A DNA stretch of 64,000 nt, from the sequence record MW822008.1. One strand, given 5' to 3'. A model generated the notes under the pieces. It did no database searches and was not told where the DNA came from. It worked only from the letters and a program-made list of their open reading frames with translations. The position numbers were made by a program, and so were the translations under genes. Each line of letters begins with the position of its first letter. Within the stretch, counting starts at the first letter, position 1. This document shows, one piece after another, positions 29,953 through 39,735 of this stretch.

Positions 29953-31062
29953 TTATTTTGGTAAATCAATTTTAGTAAAGACTGCAACATCCTCGCTTGC
30001 TCCAGGAATGGCGTAATACGATCCAGTACTATACACATCTCCATCTTTGGTTAATATTGATGTCAAACCATCACTAAAAAGAACATCCCTAATTGCACTA
30101 ACTTCAACGGGTAATTGTAAATTTGTAGCACTATATATAGCACCAGTTTGAGAATTGTTTAATCCCAAACCACGGTTCGCCCCAACACCCTTCTGATATG
30201 TACTAGTAATTACCATTTGTGTCGCAGTATTTAAGGCAGGTGAATTCGTCATAAACAACGGAGAACTATTCGGCAAAGTACTTACAGGAACTGCACGGAA
30301 TGTAGTCGTACCTGAACTAAGAAAGTTTGGAGTTTGACCACATACGAAATATGATGTGCCATTATAGTAATTTAATGCATTACCACCAATTGCTGCATCG
30401 ATTACACCAGAACTACGTAATCCCCAAGTGTTAACTTGTGTTTGGCTCCCCGTGCCATGCTGCCCACTGCTATTCCATCCAGAACTATATAGCTTATTAT
30501 CTAATGTAAGATACATACTATCATTCGCATTGGTCATTACTTTACGAACGTTCGTAGCACATTGAGTTAATGTGTAAATTGATGATGAACCAATACCTAA
30601 AGAACCACGATATCCATTATCTCCTGCACCATAGAGTACTGAATTAGTGCTAAGTACAAATATTAAACCATTTGTACATACAATATTAGCAATTTCACTT
30701 ACTGGTATTGCATTTGTGAACCAACTGGTTCTATCAACTAATACAGTACTGTAAGAAGTAGTTGTGGAAGATGTGAACCAGTACGTTTGACCTGATGACC
30801 ATATCGTATTATCATTTTTAATAATAACAAGTGTACGATCACCCACGAAAAAATTAGAAACATCTGTACTTACTAATATCCATGAGGATACTGTGTTGGT
30901 ATTTCCATTTCCAGATTCACCACCTTGATTTCTACCTATGTAATATAAATCATGTGAATCTGTCAATAAGAATTGACCCTGTGTAGAAGCACCAACTTTA
31001 ATTATATTTTTAGGACCAGGTGTGATATTCCCATAATCAAACAATCTAACAAAAGGTAACAT
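29953..31062 (-). CDS. MLPF-tagged RCC1-like protein 10
   Basis: LYSSGWNSSGQHGTG. Confidence 0.85.
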   Translation of the reverse strand: MLPFVRLFDYGNITPGPKNIIKVGASTQGQFLLTDSHDLYYIGRNQGGESGNGNTNTVSSWILVSTDVSNFFVGDRTLVIIKNDNTIWSSGQTYWFTSSTTTSYSTVLVDRTSWFTNAIPVSEIANIVCTNGLIFVLSTNSVLYGAGDNGYRGSLGIGSSSIYTLTQCATNVRKVMTNANDSMYLTLDNKLYSSGWNSSGQHGTGSQTQVNTWGLRSSGVIDAAIGGNALNYYNGTSYFVCGQTPNFLSSGTTTFRAVPVSTLPNSSPLFMTNSPALNTATQMVITSTYQKGVGANRGLGLNNSQTGAIYSATNLQLPVEVSAIRDVLFSDGLTSILTKDGDVYSTGSYYAIPGASEDVAVFTKIDLPK

Positions 31063-31072
31063 ATTTCTCTCC

Positions 31073-32203
31073 TTAATTTAGTAATGCCCCTGGCAAATCC
31101 ACTTTGACGAATTGTGCATATGCTGAGGAATTTTGATCAAAGTTTGGTCCCAATCCATAAAATGAGCTAATGCCGTCTTCATTTGTGTATATGATATAAA
31201 CGTTCTTTACATCATTTCCGCATATAAATCGAATGTCTTTCGTTTGTGTTCCCGCTGGAACATTACGAAGGTTCACAACGCCATTACTTGCATTGTTATC
31301 AGCCGACGCAATTGGTAATTGATTTTGACCATATTGACCACGCATATTTTTTGCATCTAAACCAAACACAGTATCTGATACCGCACCAACTTTCAAAAAT
31401 GAACCAAAACTATTATTGAATGACTTTGGAAATGTACCACTATAAACACTTCTCCCATCTGATAATACCGCTGAACTGAATTTCCCGCTATTCGATATGG
31501 CAAATTCATTGTAAGGAAGTGTACCCATTTTGGTATATACAGAATATGAATTAGTGGAAGTATTATCAATAATCTTATTACCATTATATCCAATACCATA
31601 CTGGTATCCGTCTGCATCTTGAACTATACACAAAGGACCACTTGGGGTTTGTGTCAACGAAACAACACGTTCAACTTGTATATCACCAAATGTATTTCTT
31701 CGCCATGTTCTATCTATTATAGTACTAGTATTACCCAAAGATAATGCCACACTATATAATAGATTGTTTTCAGTAAAAATGGCAACATAATATGCGTGGT
31801 TAATAACTTGCTTCATCCCAGCATCAATAACTTCCTGTGGAATATGATCAGTAACATCCAACCAATCAAGGTTAGATGATGCAATATCTGGAGTACTGAA
31901 TTTGTCAAATCTAGTTGAGCCACAAACTAGCACTCTATCATCATTTGTCAAAGCCACTGTGCTAGTCTGCATATTAGAACTGAATGATTTAACATTACTA
32001 ATGTTAGACTTGTACCAACCCTTATCAGCAGCACCCACCGTGAATCCGGTTCCCATTGATCCACTTGTACTTGTACCATAAGCCCACATCTCACCACTAT
32101 ATGTTAGTGCCATACAGTGGCTTCCATTTGCTTGGAAATCCTTTATACCAGTGGGAGCAACCACTGTATTCCCATAATCAAACATTCTAACAAAAGGTAA
32201 CAT
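31073..32203 (-). CDS. MLPF-tagged divergent RCC1-like protein 11
   Basis: start 32203; GEMWAYG...GSMGTG. Confidence 0.8.
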   Translation of the reverse strand: MLPFVRMFDYGNTVVAPTGIKDFQANGSHCMALTYSGEMWAYGTSTSGSMGTGFTVGAADKGWYKSNISNVKSFSSNMQTSTVALTNDDRVLVCGSTRFDKFSTPDIASSNLDWLDVTDHIPQEVIDAGMKQVINHAYYVAIFTENNLLYSVALSLGNTSTIIDRTWRRNTFGDIQVERVVSLTQTPSGPLCIVQDADGYQYGIGYNGNKIIDNTSTNSYSVYTKMGTLPYNEFAISNSGKFSSAVLSDGRSVYSGTFPKSFNNSFGSFLKVGAVSDTVFGLDAKNMRGQYGQNQLPIASADNNASNGVVNLRNVPAGTQTKDIRFICGNDVKNVYIIYTNEDGISSFYGLGPNFDQNSSAYAQFVKVDLPGALLN

Positions 32204-32277
32204 AACTAAAATCTCCATATAATAATTATAATGTATTTACAAAAAAATACCAGTACGTATTTCAGTACTGGTATCAT

Positions 32278-33459
32278 TTATGGTAAAATGATAGATTGTA
32301 ACGAACTCATACCCAATGCTGGAACACTAGCCTGTGGTGCTGGAGAATTCAATTTTGGTGATGAAACCGCATAAGTCATTCCTGTACCCAAATCTGGATC
32401 AAAAACTACAGCACAATAATTCCCACTATATATAAGTCCATTCTTGTATCCTTGTGCACTTTGAATGCATTTCGTGAACGTACCAATATCTGTAGTGGCA
32501 TTTATTAAGTTCCTCCCACGATAACCGCAGGTGTATATGAAATTATCATCGCCTATGTACATACTAGAATCCCCAGAAGAACTACATAGATACGACATAT
32601 AAGCACGCATGTTTTTAGGAGCAACTGACAATGTACCTGCATAGAATTTATTATTCGAACCCGTAATATCACCATCACCCAATGCACCAAAACTTCCCCA
32701 GCCAGTACCGTAATATCTCTTATCACTCAAAAATATAATACAGTTGTTATTACACATCTTGATTTGATATATCAATGAAGGATCAACCCCAGGGAATGAT
32801 TCAGTGAATGTTAGAACAGCCGGATCAGTACTAGCATTACATTGATGATATGTATTAGTACCAGCGGACAAGATTGTTCCATTAGCTAACAGAATTCTCG
32901 CAGTACCAGTACCAGCAGTACAAGCAACTGCACTTCCTGCACTTCCGGTGTATATTTGTCTGAAAGTAAAGAAACCAACAGTCTTACTCCCTTGTCCACT
33001 CCAACCAGTATTATCAACACCACACGCCCATACTGAACCATCTTCCATGATCATCATTACACCAAAGCGTTCTATTGAAATATAAACAATCTTTTTAGTA
33101 TCAACTGCACGAAATCTAGAAGTTATATCCGTCCAAACCTTTACACTTACCGAAGTCGCACTGGAAGTAGGATCTTCACCTGCTATCATTATCCTACCAT
33201 TGTTAGTCAGATACATTGTCTGACTATAACCAGTACTACAAAACTTAACACTATCAGTCTCTGGAACTTTTAACCACTCGTTGTAACGTGTTACGTTAGT
33301 GTTATTACCTAACTGATAATAGTTATTCATCCCAGATACATATAACACACCATCCTTTATTAAACTATAAGTCGCACTATAGTCACTACAGGTATAACGT
33401 GTACCCACAGGTCGCTCAACGACGTTCCCATAATCAAACATTCTAACAAAAGGTAACAT
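32278..33459 (-). CDS. MLPF-tagged RCC1-like protein 12
   Basis: GVLYVSGMNNYYQLG. Confidence 0.85.
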   Translation of the reverse strand: MLPFVRMFDYGNVVERPVGTRYTCSDYSATYSLIKDGVLYVSGMNNYYQLGNNTNVTRYNEWLKVPETDSVKFCSTGYSQTMYLTNNGRIMIAGEDPTSSATSVSVKVWTDITSRFRAVDTKKIVYISIERFGVMMIMEDGSVWACGVDNTGWSGQGSKTVGFFTFRQIYTGSAGSAVACTAGTGTARILLANGTILSAGTNTYHQCNASTDPAVLTFTESFPGVDPSLIYQIKMCNNNCIIFLSDKRYYGTGWGSFGALGDGDITGSNNKFYAGTLSVAPKNMRAYMSYLCSSSGDSSMYIGDDNFIYTCGYRGRNLINATTDIGTFTKCIQSAQGYKNGLIYSGNYCAVVFDPDLGTGMTYAVSSPKLNSPAPQASVPALGMSSLQSIILP

Positions 33460-33468
33460 GATTTTCTC

Positions 33469-34662
33469 CTATGATTGCCATAACTGCGTTGGCATTAATG
33501 TTAATGTTTTAATTAAGTAAGTACCATCCGGTAAGTTACCACCTGAACCGTTAAAGCCCCCACATGCATATAATTTATAATCTTTAGTTATAATTATTGT
33601 TCTGGACCAGTCTTTGGATGCCATAAGAACATTGTCATATCCACCCTGTATCGCACTTAAAGAAAACGCCCCCCACGAAGTAATTACTGTTGTATTTCCC
33701 GTCCCTTCTTGACCATATGTATTGATGCCTGCACTCCTGACATATGATGGGTATTGAGCCATAGGTGCACCAATTGTTGAGTTACCCATATTACTAGGAC
33801 ACAGGAAACCATCACTAATATTCACTATAACCTGTGAATTCTGAACTGTAGTTAATTGGTTTGTAGTTGAAGTAGTACCATTCCCAGCTTGTCCAGAATT
33901 GTTTCTACCACTCCAGTACACCCTACCGGCAGTGAACCACCAGGTAACATCATAAGTAGCACTTATATAATCGACGTTGGTTCGTATTAATTTATTAGTA
34001 AAAACGTATGAGCTAGTCCCACCACCACTTTCACCAAAGTTATCCTTACCACAAAACCATGCTTCTTTATTTGTTTTGAGATAGTGCGTACCCTGTAATG
34101 AACACGCCAATTGAGAAACTTCACCCATACCAGTAACAACTGTTAGTACTGGAATGGAATTTTGGTTACCTGTTCCACATTCGGCATTTGCATTTTTACC
34201 ACAAACAACTACTCTTCCATCGTGTAGTAATATTCTAGTACTTTCACCTATATGTACACTCTTGATTAAATTAGCGTGTACATTTATTTTGTTAAATGCG
34301 GCAGTAACATCAGTCCATGTTCTAAAATAACCATTAACTGGAGTTGCATCTCCATAATCGGGGAATGCTACAGTATTCCCTGTGAAATATATTCTATTAT
34401 CCAAGTCAATCATCAATGAGCCATGAACGCCTAACCAAAAGGCTGCACAGTGCGTTGCCAGTACTGTAAAAGTAGAAACTGTCGATTGATTCCCTAGACC
34501 TAATTGGCTCAAGTTATTACCACCATAACCGTATAGTGTATTCGTGGGCTTATGTAGATACATAGCATTAGTATAATGTTGCTGTAAAACATCAGTGAAC
34601 TCAACTGGTTCAGGAATAGGCAGTTTATTCCCGTATTTAACCATTCTTGCAAAAGGTAACAT
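33469..34662 (-). CDS. MLPF-tagged RCC1-like protein 13
   Basis: LYGYGGNNLSQLGLG. Confidence 0.85.
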   Translation of the reverse strand: MLPFARMVKYGNKLPIPEPVEFTDVLQQHYTNAMYLHKPTNTLYGYGGNNLSQLGLGNQSTVSTFTVLATHCAAFWLGVHGSLMIDLDNRIYFTGNTVAFPDYGDATPVNGYFRTWTDVTAAFNKINVHANLIKSVHIGESTRILLHDGRVVVCGKNANAECGTGNQNSIPVLTVVTGMGEVSQLACSLQGTHYLKTNKEAWFCGKDNFGESGGGTSSYVFTNKLIRTNVDYISATYDVTWWFTAGRVYWSGRNNSGQAGNGTTSTTNQLTTVQNSQVIVNISDGFLCPSNMGNSTIGAPMAQYPSYVRSAGINTYGQEGTGNTTVITSWGAFSLSAIQGGYDNVLMASKDWSRTIIITKDYKLYACGGFNGSGGNLPDGTYLIKTLTLMPTQLWQS

Positions 34663-34725
34663 ATTTCCCTCCTTTATTCATTATACTATATTTAATCAAA
34701 AATAAATGCCAGTACTCATTTAATT

Positions 34726-35880
34726 TTAACGAGGTATAACTATTTTTTTGAATAATCCAGTATTTCCTGCATTTTCTTCTTCATATGGAATTGTACCCAT
34801 ACCAGCAGTTCTGCCACCATTCCCTGAACCATACAGTTCTCCATTCTTAATCATGAATGTTATCATATAACCATGTGTCATTTTATCATATGGAACTGGT
34901 TCAGTTATATTATTACATGCTCGCCATGTACTAATAACACGAGAGTTCGTTATACCATCACCTGATGCGTTTCCTCGACCAGCGAAATACCATATCCCAC
35001 CTGCTCTAACGTGTGCTTCATAATTAGAACCACCTATGTAATCAATCGCAGTACTAGGAATACTAGAAGCTGGTATCTTTGTGATTGTTCTAAGACTGTT
35101 AATAGTGCCATCAGTTCCATCACCCAACTGTCCATCTATTTGTGAACCGAATACATATAGCCCATCACTCTTTAATACGTAATTAGCACTATATGCATTT
35201 TCTGAATTTATCTGTAATACTCCAGTAGTAACAGTAGTCAATGTGGTAGTTGTACTAGTCGTACCAGTCGAACCAATACTAGATTTATTCCCACTGTACT
35301 TTAATGTCCCATCATTGTATAATACAAATGAAGCATTATTCGCGGTTACACCAATATCTTTAACATCAACTTCAGGTGTCAATGTCAGTACTGATACTCT
35401 TTGTCCAACAGCCCCAGTAAAAACTTCACCGTTGTTATTGTCACCCATCTTATATAATTTATTATCTATTGTTAATAATAATGTAACGCCGTTTCCTATA
35501 ACTATTTTACTATATGTGTCATTCACATTATTAAAAATACCAAGTATTTCTGTCCATACACGATAAGTAGTATTAACACCACGATAGATTTGAGTACCAG
35601 TACTCCACCATGTGCCATCATTTTTACGTACTAATATTCCTTGTGTATCACCAGTAGTCCAAAATTCCTTTACATCAGTTAAACATAAAACCCACTCTTC
35701 AACTATAGTAGGAGAACTACTACCAGTACCTAATTGATAGTAAAAATTATGCCCTCTGCCATATAATCTTCCGTCTTCTAATAAAATAAACACATTATTC
35801 TGTAAAACTTTTACCATCTTTATACCAACTGGCACAGGTGCTTCATTCCCATAATCGAACATTCTAACAAAAGGTAACAT
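34726..35880 (-). CDS. MLPF-tagged RCC1-like protein 14
   Basis: start 35880; GRLYGRGHNFYYQLG. Confidence 0.85.
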   Translation of the reverse strand: MLPFVRMFDYGNEAPVPVGIKMVKVLQNNVFILLEDGRLYGRGHNFYYQLGTGSSSPTIVEEWVLCLTDVKEFWTTGDTQGILVRKNDGTWWSTGTQIYRGVNTTYRVWTEILGIFNNVNDTYSKIVIGNGVTLLLTIDNKLYKMGDNNNGEVFTGAVGQRVSVLTLTPEVDVKDIGVTANNASFVLYNDGTLKYSGNKSSIGSTGTTSTTTTLTTVTTGVLQINSENAYSANYVLKSDGLYVFGSQIDGQLGDGTDGTINSLRTITKIPASSIPSTAIDYIGGSNYEAHVRAGGIWYFAGRGNASGDGITNSRVISTWRACNNITEPVPYDKMTHGYMITFMIKNGELYGSGNGGRTAGMGTIPYEEENAGNTGLFKKIVIPR

Positions 35881-35953
35881 ATTCCCTCCTTTATTCATTA
35901 TAATATATTTAATACAAAAAAGAAAAGCCAGTATCAAGTACTGGCATATTAAT

Positions 35954-37102
35954 TTACTGCACAAATGACATATCGACTTCGGTATAATTAAGAACGTTCT
36001 GTCCAGCACTACCACCCATTACTACAAATGAAGCACCCGAATAATATAACTTCGAAGTGTCAGTAAGTATAAGTGAACCAGATGGAGTGCGTACCAAATT
36101 ACACGAAGTATTAAACGAAGTATATGAAGGAGTATAGGAGTACTGATTATTATTATTACCAACACCTAATTGCCCAAACCCATTCGATCCAGAAGCATAT
36201 AGAACTTCATCTGCTTTGACAATATGTGATGCCATGTTACCAACACAAGTATATAGAGTATAAACTCCTGAACTCAATAATGTCGGAGTTTTATATTGTA
36301 TATCTGTAGATGTAGAAGTACCACCTGTACCAAATTCGTTCCCATATTGTGCACCGAACTGTTTACCACAAGCGTACAAATTATTATCCGATTTGATAAA
36401 AAATGTACTCTGATAACTTACATTAAAATCTATAACATCCGAAGAAATCATCGTCACCCCAGTAATAGAAGTTTGATTACCCGTGCCCAACTGGTAGTAA
36501 TAGTTAAAACCACAACCCCATAAAGTATTATCTTCTCGCAAATAAATGTTACCAACTGCCTTTTTAACCGAAGTTATAGTATCTACTCTTTTGAATGTGT
36601 TAAAAGAATTAATGTTTGTGCCATCACCAAATGATGATATGTTCGATATATTGTTAGTTCCACAACAATACAATGTACCATCGTTTGTTATCAAATTCAC
36701 CTTCATATCATAAAAACTACTCATGTATTTTATATCAGAAACATTAATACCACTTGATGTTATCCACGTAGTACAGTCCGTCCACAAAGTTTTTCTATCA
36801 GTTACACCAGTGAATGCCTTCGTGTTACCAGTGATAAAAACTTTTCCAGTACCTTTCTCTTCATACAATTGACAATCACTACTGTTATCTTCCAATAGAA
36901 CTCGTTTAACATTCTCCGCACAAAGAATAAATTTACTCGATGTTACACCTGTACCAGTACCCCAATTCGCCGCAGAAGATGCATACAACTTATCAGTATA
37001 AGTATCATGAAGATACATAGAATCACTGGAATATATTTTAAAACGCCCAGAGTTGGTAGGTGCTTCATTCCCATAATCAAACATTCTTACAAAAGGTAAC
37101 AT
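35954..37102 (-). CDS. MLPF-tagged RCC1-like protein 15
   Basis: LWGCGFNYYYQLGTG, LYASGSNGFGQLG. Confidence 0.85.
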   Translation of the reverse strand: MLPFVRMFDYGNEAPTNSGRFKIYSSDSMYLHDTYTDKLYASSAANWGTGTGVTSSKFILCAENVKRVLLEDNSSDCQLYEEKGTGKVFITGNTKAFTGVTDRKTLWTDCTTWITSSGINVSDIKYMSSFYDMKVNLITNDGTLYCCGTNNISNISSFGDGTNINSFNTFKRVDTITSVKKAVGNIYLREDNTLWGCGFNYYYQLGTGNQTSITGVTMISSDVIDFNVSYQSTFFIKSDNNLYACGKQFGAQYGNEFGTGGTSTSTDIQYKTPTLLSSGVYTLYTCVGNMASHIVKADEVLYASGSNGFGQLGVGNNNNQYSYTPSYTSFNTSCNLVRTPSGSLILTDTSKLYYSGASFVVMGGSAGQNVLNYTEVDMSFVQ

Positions 37103-37114
37103 ATTTCCTCCAAA

Positions 37115-38020
37115 TTATTTAAAAACATACTGCGTATTAACACGTGTCCCGTTGTCGTAACCAAGTACGTAAAATATTTCAGCACTATTATTAGAGCCAA
37201 ATAATGCACCAGTACTATTACTCAACGTTGTATTGATAGCTAATGGTATCCATTTGTTTTGCTCGGCATCATATTTTAATAAATTTAATGCACCATAAGA
37301 TACTGCATATATACCTTTGTCATATCTATTGTAAATTATCTTACTAGGGTTAGCTCCACCAACTGCTGCCATTCTTGACCAAACCGCACTCTCTATGTGA
37401 TATTTTTGTGCAGGAGTAGATCCTTGTCCTGTAAAATATATGTAAGTACCATCAGTGCACATATCACCACCACCATTGTTTGTTGTATTCCCAGTAGTAC
37501 CTAACGATGCCCATGTATTAGTACTCGGCGTATAACTATATAATGCAGTATTAGACGGTGAACCCCACAAATATATCTTATCCCCTGTAGTAATCATCTT
37601 ACTATATACTGCCTGGTTAGGTTTGCCAACACTTGTATTATTCAGTGTCCATGTATCAGAGCTTATGTCATATACATAAAAATTATTATTAGCAACATTC
37701 GCTGCACCTAAACCACCGAACAAATATATTTTTCCTTGATAGGCACACAATGCACTTCCATAGGTGGATACTGGTGGTGATGATAATTGTACCCATATTC
37801 TAGAATTTAAATTAAAACTCCATAACTGATTATCCTGGTTCGAAGTATTCATTATACCACCAAATATATAAGCAGTATTTCTTGATGCATCATACGTATA
37901 ACCAAAGTTATTTCGTGCTGAAGGTACTGGTGATGTGGTAAATTGAGTTCGTACACCACCATTTGGGACTGGTAATGGAGCTTCATTCCCGTAATCAAAC
38001 ATTCTAACAAAAGGTAACAT
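37115..38020 (-). CDS. MLPF-tagged Kelch-repeat beta-propeller protein 16
   Basis: AYIFGG, IYLFGG...YVYD..SDTW Kelch repeats. Confidence 0.85.
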   Translation of the reverse strand: MLPFVRMFDYGNEAPLPVPNGGVRTQFTTSPVPSARNNFGYTYDASRNTAYIFGGIMNTSNQDNQLWSFNLNSRIWVQLSSPPVSTYGSALCAYQGKIYLFGGLGAANVANNNFYVYDISSDTWTLNNTSVGKPNQAVYSKMITTGDKIYLWGSPSNTALYSYTPSTNTWASLGTTGNTTNNGGGDMCTDGTYIYFTGQGSTPAQKYHIESAVWSRMAAVGGANPSKIIYNRYDKGIYAVSYGALNLLKYDAEQNKWIPLAINTTLSNSTGALFGSNNSAEIFYVLGYDNGTRVNTQYVFK

Positions 38021-38069
38021 AAATCCCTCCTTTATTCATTATATCATATTTACCCCAAAAAGAAAACCC

Positions 38070-38098
38070 TTGACAACCTTCCAGTACTGATGTACTAT
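38070..38098 (+). promoter_or_regulatory. sigma70 promoter for the micro-ORF array
   Basis: TTGACA-17-TACTAT, divergent from the late cassette of gene 16. Confidence 0.75.
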
Positions 38099-38123
38099 AG
38101 AAGGAATATAAGGAGAACTGTAC

Positions 38124-38351
38124 ATGACAACTACACTTAAGTACTACATTAATACTCTAAATGAAATAGAGTACGCGAAGTTTCTCGCGGATAGTTCGTG
38201 GCTAATTGAGCTAAAAACACATAACAGTACTGGATGTAACCTTATGCTGAACAATGCACTTGATACCCTTGTAGTGAGTATTTTACACAGCAACATCTGC
38301 GGGAATAGCAATAAACAATTATCAAAAATCTTAGTACTGGTAGCTCTATGA
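38124..38351 (+). CDS. micro-ORF array member 1
   Basis: AAGGAG RBS; KYYINTL. Confidence 0.65.
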   Translation: MTTTLKYYINTLNEIEYAKFLADSSWLIELKTHNSTGCNLMLNNALDTLVVSILHSNICGNSNKQLSKILVLVAL

Positions 38352-38560
38352 ACACTATGAACATTGAACAGTACTACATTGATGCACTACCAACAAAAGG
38401 TCTACGAGAAAGCCTACTGTATACACAAAATAATTATATAAACCTCAAACATTGTCCTAAACTCTTGAACTCGTACAGGAATAATAAAATAAGAAATGCT
38501 GTACAAGGGGTAGAAAGTATGCAATACTATTACATCCTAACCCTTTTAATCGAGCACTAA
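38348..38560 (+). CDS. micro-ORF array member 2
   Basis: EQYYIDALP; paralogue of 38759. Confidence 0.65.
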   Translation: MNTMNIEQYYIDALPTKGLRESLLYTQNNYINLKHCPKLLNSYRNNKIRNAVQGVESMQYYYILTLLIEH

Positions 38561-38561
38561 T

Positions 38562-38747
38562 ATGTATAAAGAATTCTACTGTAGTAAGCTGCACAAACAA
38601 TACAGAGATTCATTTCCCAATGAACCTATGGATATGAATAGTCCCTTTTATAAATTTGACTTCAGACTGGAGACACGTTATGCAATAGAACATCAATTTC
38701 CTGAAACTAAGTACTTATCTATCATGAACCTCATCTTTAAGTTCTAA
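38562..38747 (+). CDS. micro-ORF array member 3
   Basis: MYKEFYCSKL. Confidence 0.65.
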   Translation: MYKEFYCSKLHKQYRDSFPNEPMDMNSPFYKFDFRLETRYAIEHQFPETKYLSIMNLIFKF

Positions 38748-38758
38748 AAGAGTACTAT

Positions 38759-38971
38759 ATGAAAACAATGAACATACACCAGTACTACTTAGATATTCTC
38801 CCTAAAGATGTACAGTTCATCCTTAAACAAGAATACAGTACTTTAAAAAACCTTAAAAGAACCGCACCGAATGTATTAATCCTGCACCAAGAAAATGTAG
38901 TTGATAATATTCTACAAGGTGTACCAGGGACCGAGTACTTTAACATAATAAGGCTAATTACATTACCATGA
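38759..38971 (+). CDS. micro-ORF array member 4
   Basis: HQYYLDILP. Confidence 0.65.
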   Translation: MKTMNIHQYYLDILPKDVQFILKQEYSTLKNLKRTAPNVLILHQENVVDNILQGVPGTEYFNIIRLITLP

Positions 38972-39153
38972 ATCATATATTATACTATTACCAAAATCTA
39001 TCCGACAGGGACAAGTACACCCACAACTCCAATGTATGGTACTACAAACGCGGTAGTATAAGAGATAAACAACATTACTTCTGTATTGCTATAAAAGAAG
39101 CACTAACAACTAAGTACACGTACAGAGCAGTACTGAAACTTATTGATATGTAA
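38968..39153 (+). CDS. micro-ORF array member 5
   Basis: KYTYRAVLKLIDM. Confidence 0.65.
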   Translation: MNHILYYYQNLSDRDKYTHNSNVWYYKRGSIRDKQHYFCIAIKEALTTKYTYRAVLKLIDM

Positions 39154-39163
39154 AGAGAATACT

Positions 39164-39346
39164 ATGAGCATTGAATTGTACTTAAGTAAATTACAGCCTG
39201 GCGATAGATTCATCTACAATAAGTTCGAATTCAACTACAAGAACGGGAGCAACAAATATCGTCGAGGATACCTATATACAAGCACAAGAGATGCACAAAA
39301 CGAAAAGTACACATACAGAGAAGTACTTAAACTAATCTCTATTTGA
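39164..39346 (+). CDS. micro-ORF array member 6
   Basis: start 39164; AQNEKYTYREVLKLISI. Confidence 0.65.
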   Translation: MSIELYLSKLQPGDRFIYNKFEFNYKNGSNKYRRGYLYTSTRDAQNEKYTYREVLKLISI

Positions 39347-39354
39347 GGTAATAT

Positions 39355-39540
39355 ATGAATACATTTGAGTACTATACCAATAAACTATCTATGCCTGAAA
39401 GATCTCATCTCTATGTGTGGAGAAATGCGTATAAAAGCGGCAATAAACTTATACAAAGAAATTCCCTTACAGTGTGTACAAATTTAATTAAAGCAGAGTA
39501 CCGCACATATATTGAAGTACTGAAGCTGATAGCAATCTAA
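39355..39540 (+). CDS. micro-ORF array member 7
   Basis: MNTFEYY; YIEVLKLIAI. Confidence 0.65.
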   Translation: MNTFEYYTNKLSMPERSHLYVWRNAYKSGNKLIQRNSLTVCTNLIKAEYRTYIEVLKLIAI

Positions 39541-39548
39541 GGTACTCT

Positions 39549-39728
39549 ATGCAAGAATTCTATATCTATAACCTCCAGCACAAAGATAGATACAACTATA
39601 ATAAATTCCAAAGGTACTACACAGTCGGGAACAAAAGAGATAAAAAACGATACCTACTATCATGTACAGTAGAAGCACAAAACGAAAAGTACACGTACAG
39701 AGAAGTACTTAAACTAATCTCAATCTAA
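39549..39728 (+). CDS. micro-ORF array member 8 (59 aa, not in track)
   Basis: MQEFYIYNL...AQNEKYTYREVLKLISI. Confidence 0.65.
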   Translation: MQEFYIYNLQHKDRYNYNKFQRYYTVGNKRDKKRYLLSCTVEAQNEKYTYREVLKLISI

Positions 39729-39735
39729 GGTAGAC

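Larger units (their letters stand above)
20656..38060 (-). repeat. repeated ~100-bp junction cassette: terminator GCCAGTA..TACTGGC + T-tract, TAAATA-N3-TATAAT promoter, AAGGAGG RBS and 36-bp tag exon
   Basis: hairpins at 20656, 23026, 24248, 25455, 26643, 27452, 28714, 29928, 32248 (variant), 34708 (half), 35927; TTAAATATAGTATAATGAATAAAGGAGG upstream of starts 22980, 24202, 25410, 26597, 27406, 28668, 29881, 34662, 35880, 38020 with minor variants. Confidence 0.85.

Noticed and set aside
18796-37102. Beta-lactamase inhibitor (BLIP-II) or eukaryotic RCC1 function
   Set aside because: Only the repeat fold is shared; late cassettes and the tag point to a structural or adhesin role.
18796-38020. 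Shufflon or diversity-generating retroelement
   Set aside because: No recombinase or reverse transcriptase in the window, junction repeats are direct rather than inverted, and no TR/VR pair with adenine-specific differences was seen.
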